Program-made: the position numbers and the translations under genes
Part shown: piece after piece, positions 62,725 to 64,000 of the stretch
Numbering within the stretch: position 1 is the stretch's first letter
Layout: every line of letters begins with the position of its first letter
Notes under the pieces: generated by a model
The model's input: the letters and a program-made list of their open reading frames with translations, nothing else
Database searches by the model: none
What the model was told of the DNA's origin: nothing
NCBI GenBank assembly: GCA_028534125.1
Contig: CM052817.1
Location: 57,910,001 to 57,974,000 of the forward strand
Reading direction: 5' to 3'
Source of the DNA: Lama glama
Taxonomy: Eukaryota
Length of the DNA stretch: 64,000 nt

Positions 62725-64000
62725 AAAAAATACAACATTGGGATTTTCTTAATTTTTCTTATGGAAACAGCAGACTTTAGTGGATATTTTTTTGTAGATT
62801 GAATTCCAGTGCTCTCCTCTCTCACCAGACCTTCCTGCCCAGCAAACTCCCAAAGTATACTAAGACCCTAATTACTGATAGCAATTTCATACCCATTCAA
62901 TCATCAACTATTTAACAAACACCTACTTTGTGACAGGCAAGATAAATCATATATTAAAATAATATAAAAATAAATACCAAGCAAATCAGTACAGACAGAT
63001 ATTGCATTTGAAATACATTATTCAGAGTCAAGCTGGGATTTACTACCACCAAAATCGTGAGCAGCTCTGTAAAAATGAGAAATGTATACTAAGACAACAT
63101 TGTAAATCACCTATACTTCAAAAAAAAAAAGAATGAGAAATGTATCTTTAATAACCAAGCCCTCTTTATTCTGCAGCCCTGACCAAACTCCCGTTACTCG
63201 CTTTTGGGTCACTCCAGAAATTAAGGAACTTCATATTCCAAGCCAAGTGTGCCTAAAGGACTCTTTCTACTCTCCTTTACCAACTTCTCACTTGGTAGAA
63301 TGAGAAGAATGGAAGAATGGGCTAATATCATTTGAGCATTAAGAAATGATTAAAATAAGACATTGATTTTTGGTTGATTAGTTTACTTCATCCTCTTAAA
63401 GGGGATTTTTTGATGTTCATCTGTTTCAAAACATAAATTTGAATGAATTTCTAATTTATAGAAGTTCAGTTATAACATATACAAATATATTATGTAAGTA
63501 TATACATTTATATTATATATACAATTTAAGGTTTTCCTTTATCTAATATATACCTAATATAGATATATTTTCTATCTCATATATATAAATTGTGTGTTAT
63601 ACATTAAAAAACCTAAGATTTTTATCATGTGCTTTTTATCCAAGTCTAAAGAAAGTGAGCTCACAACTTGGTACCTTAAAAAAATTGCTATGGTTTATTA
63701 CTGTCAGCTTTTTCCCCTTACCAACTAGTTGATTAATAAATTTTGTCTTCATCAAAGGCAATTTTTACTGTAATGCAATTTTCTTCATTATTCAAAGCTG
63801 TTTGCCTGTCCTCTGTCCCTGCAAGGCACGTGTGGGAAACATTAAGACAGGAATGGTAGCCTGCCTTTCCTAGATTGTACATTTAGTCCCATGGATCTGC
63901 CCTGTTGAAGGCAGAGATTCTTGCTGCCCCAGTGGTTTCAAACCCAAGGTTTCATCCAAGAGCAGAGGAGTGTCAGGAGGCACCCTCCCTCGGGAGATTT

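Noticed and set aside
16871..63948. 15-mer ggtttcaaacccaag shared between ~16871 and ~63934
   Set aside because: A match this long is expected by chance in a 64-kb self-comparison and the flanks do not extend convincingly.

Overview
AT-rich, repeat-dense mammalian DNA containing one complete gene, MMRN1 (multimerin 1), on the + strand. Its 8 coding exons are 4533-5119, 20498-20617, 22960-23066, 33669-33776, 35108-35281, 42439-44427, 57979-58131 and 59628-60049. All introns are GT-AG and phase-compatible, giving a 3660-nt CDS and a 1219-aa protein: signal peptide, S/T-rich region with RGDS, EMI domain, long coiled coil, EGF-like domain, C1q domain. The tRNA-derived SINEs resemble the camelid Vic-1 family, so the source is probably a camel, alpaca or llama (inference). 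Introns hold MIR/L2/L1/MLT1/MER repeats and an antisense ERV1-like provirus remnant. The least explained structure is a CpG-rich ~200-bp cassette at 15971-16180. It holds a 58-bp copy of an intron-3 sequence 14.6 kb away (53/58 identical, all 5 differences G/C here vs A/T there), bracketed by a GGGGATC/GATCCCC inverted repeat and followed by a perfect 9-bp-arm palindrome. Also notable are a TSD-bounded L1 whose 5' end is fused to distal ORF2, and a tailless tRNA-Lys 5'-half retrocopy. Repeat family names and human comparisons are from recall, not database searches.
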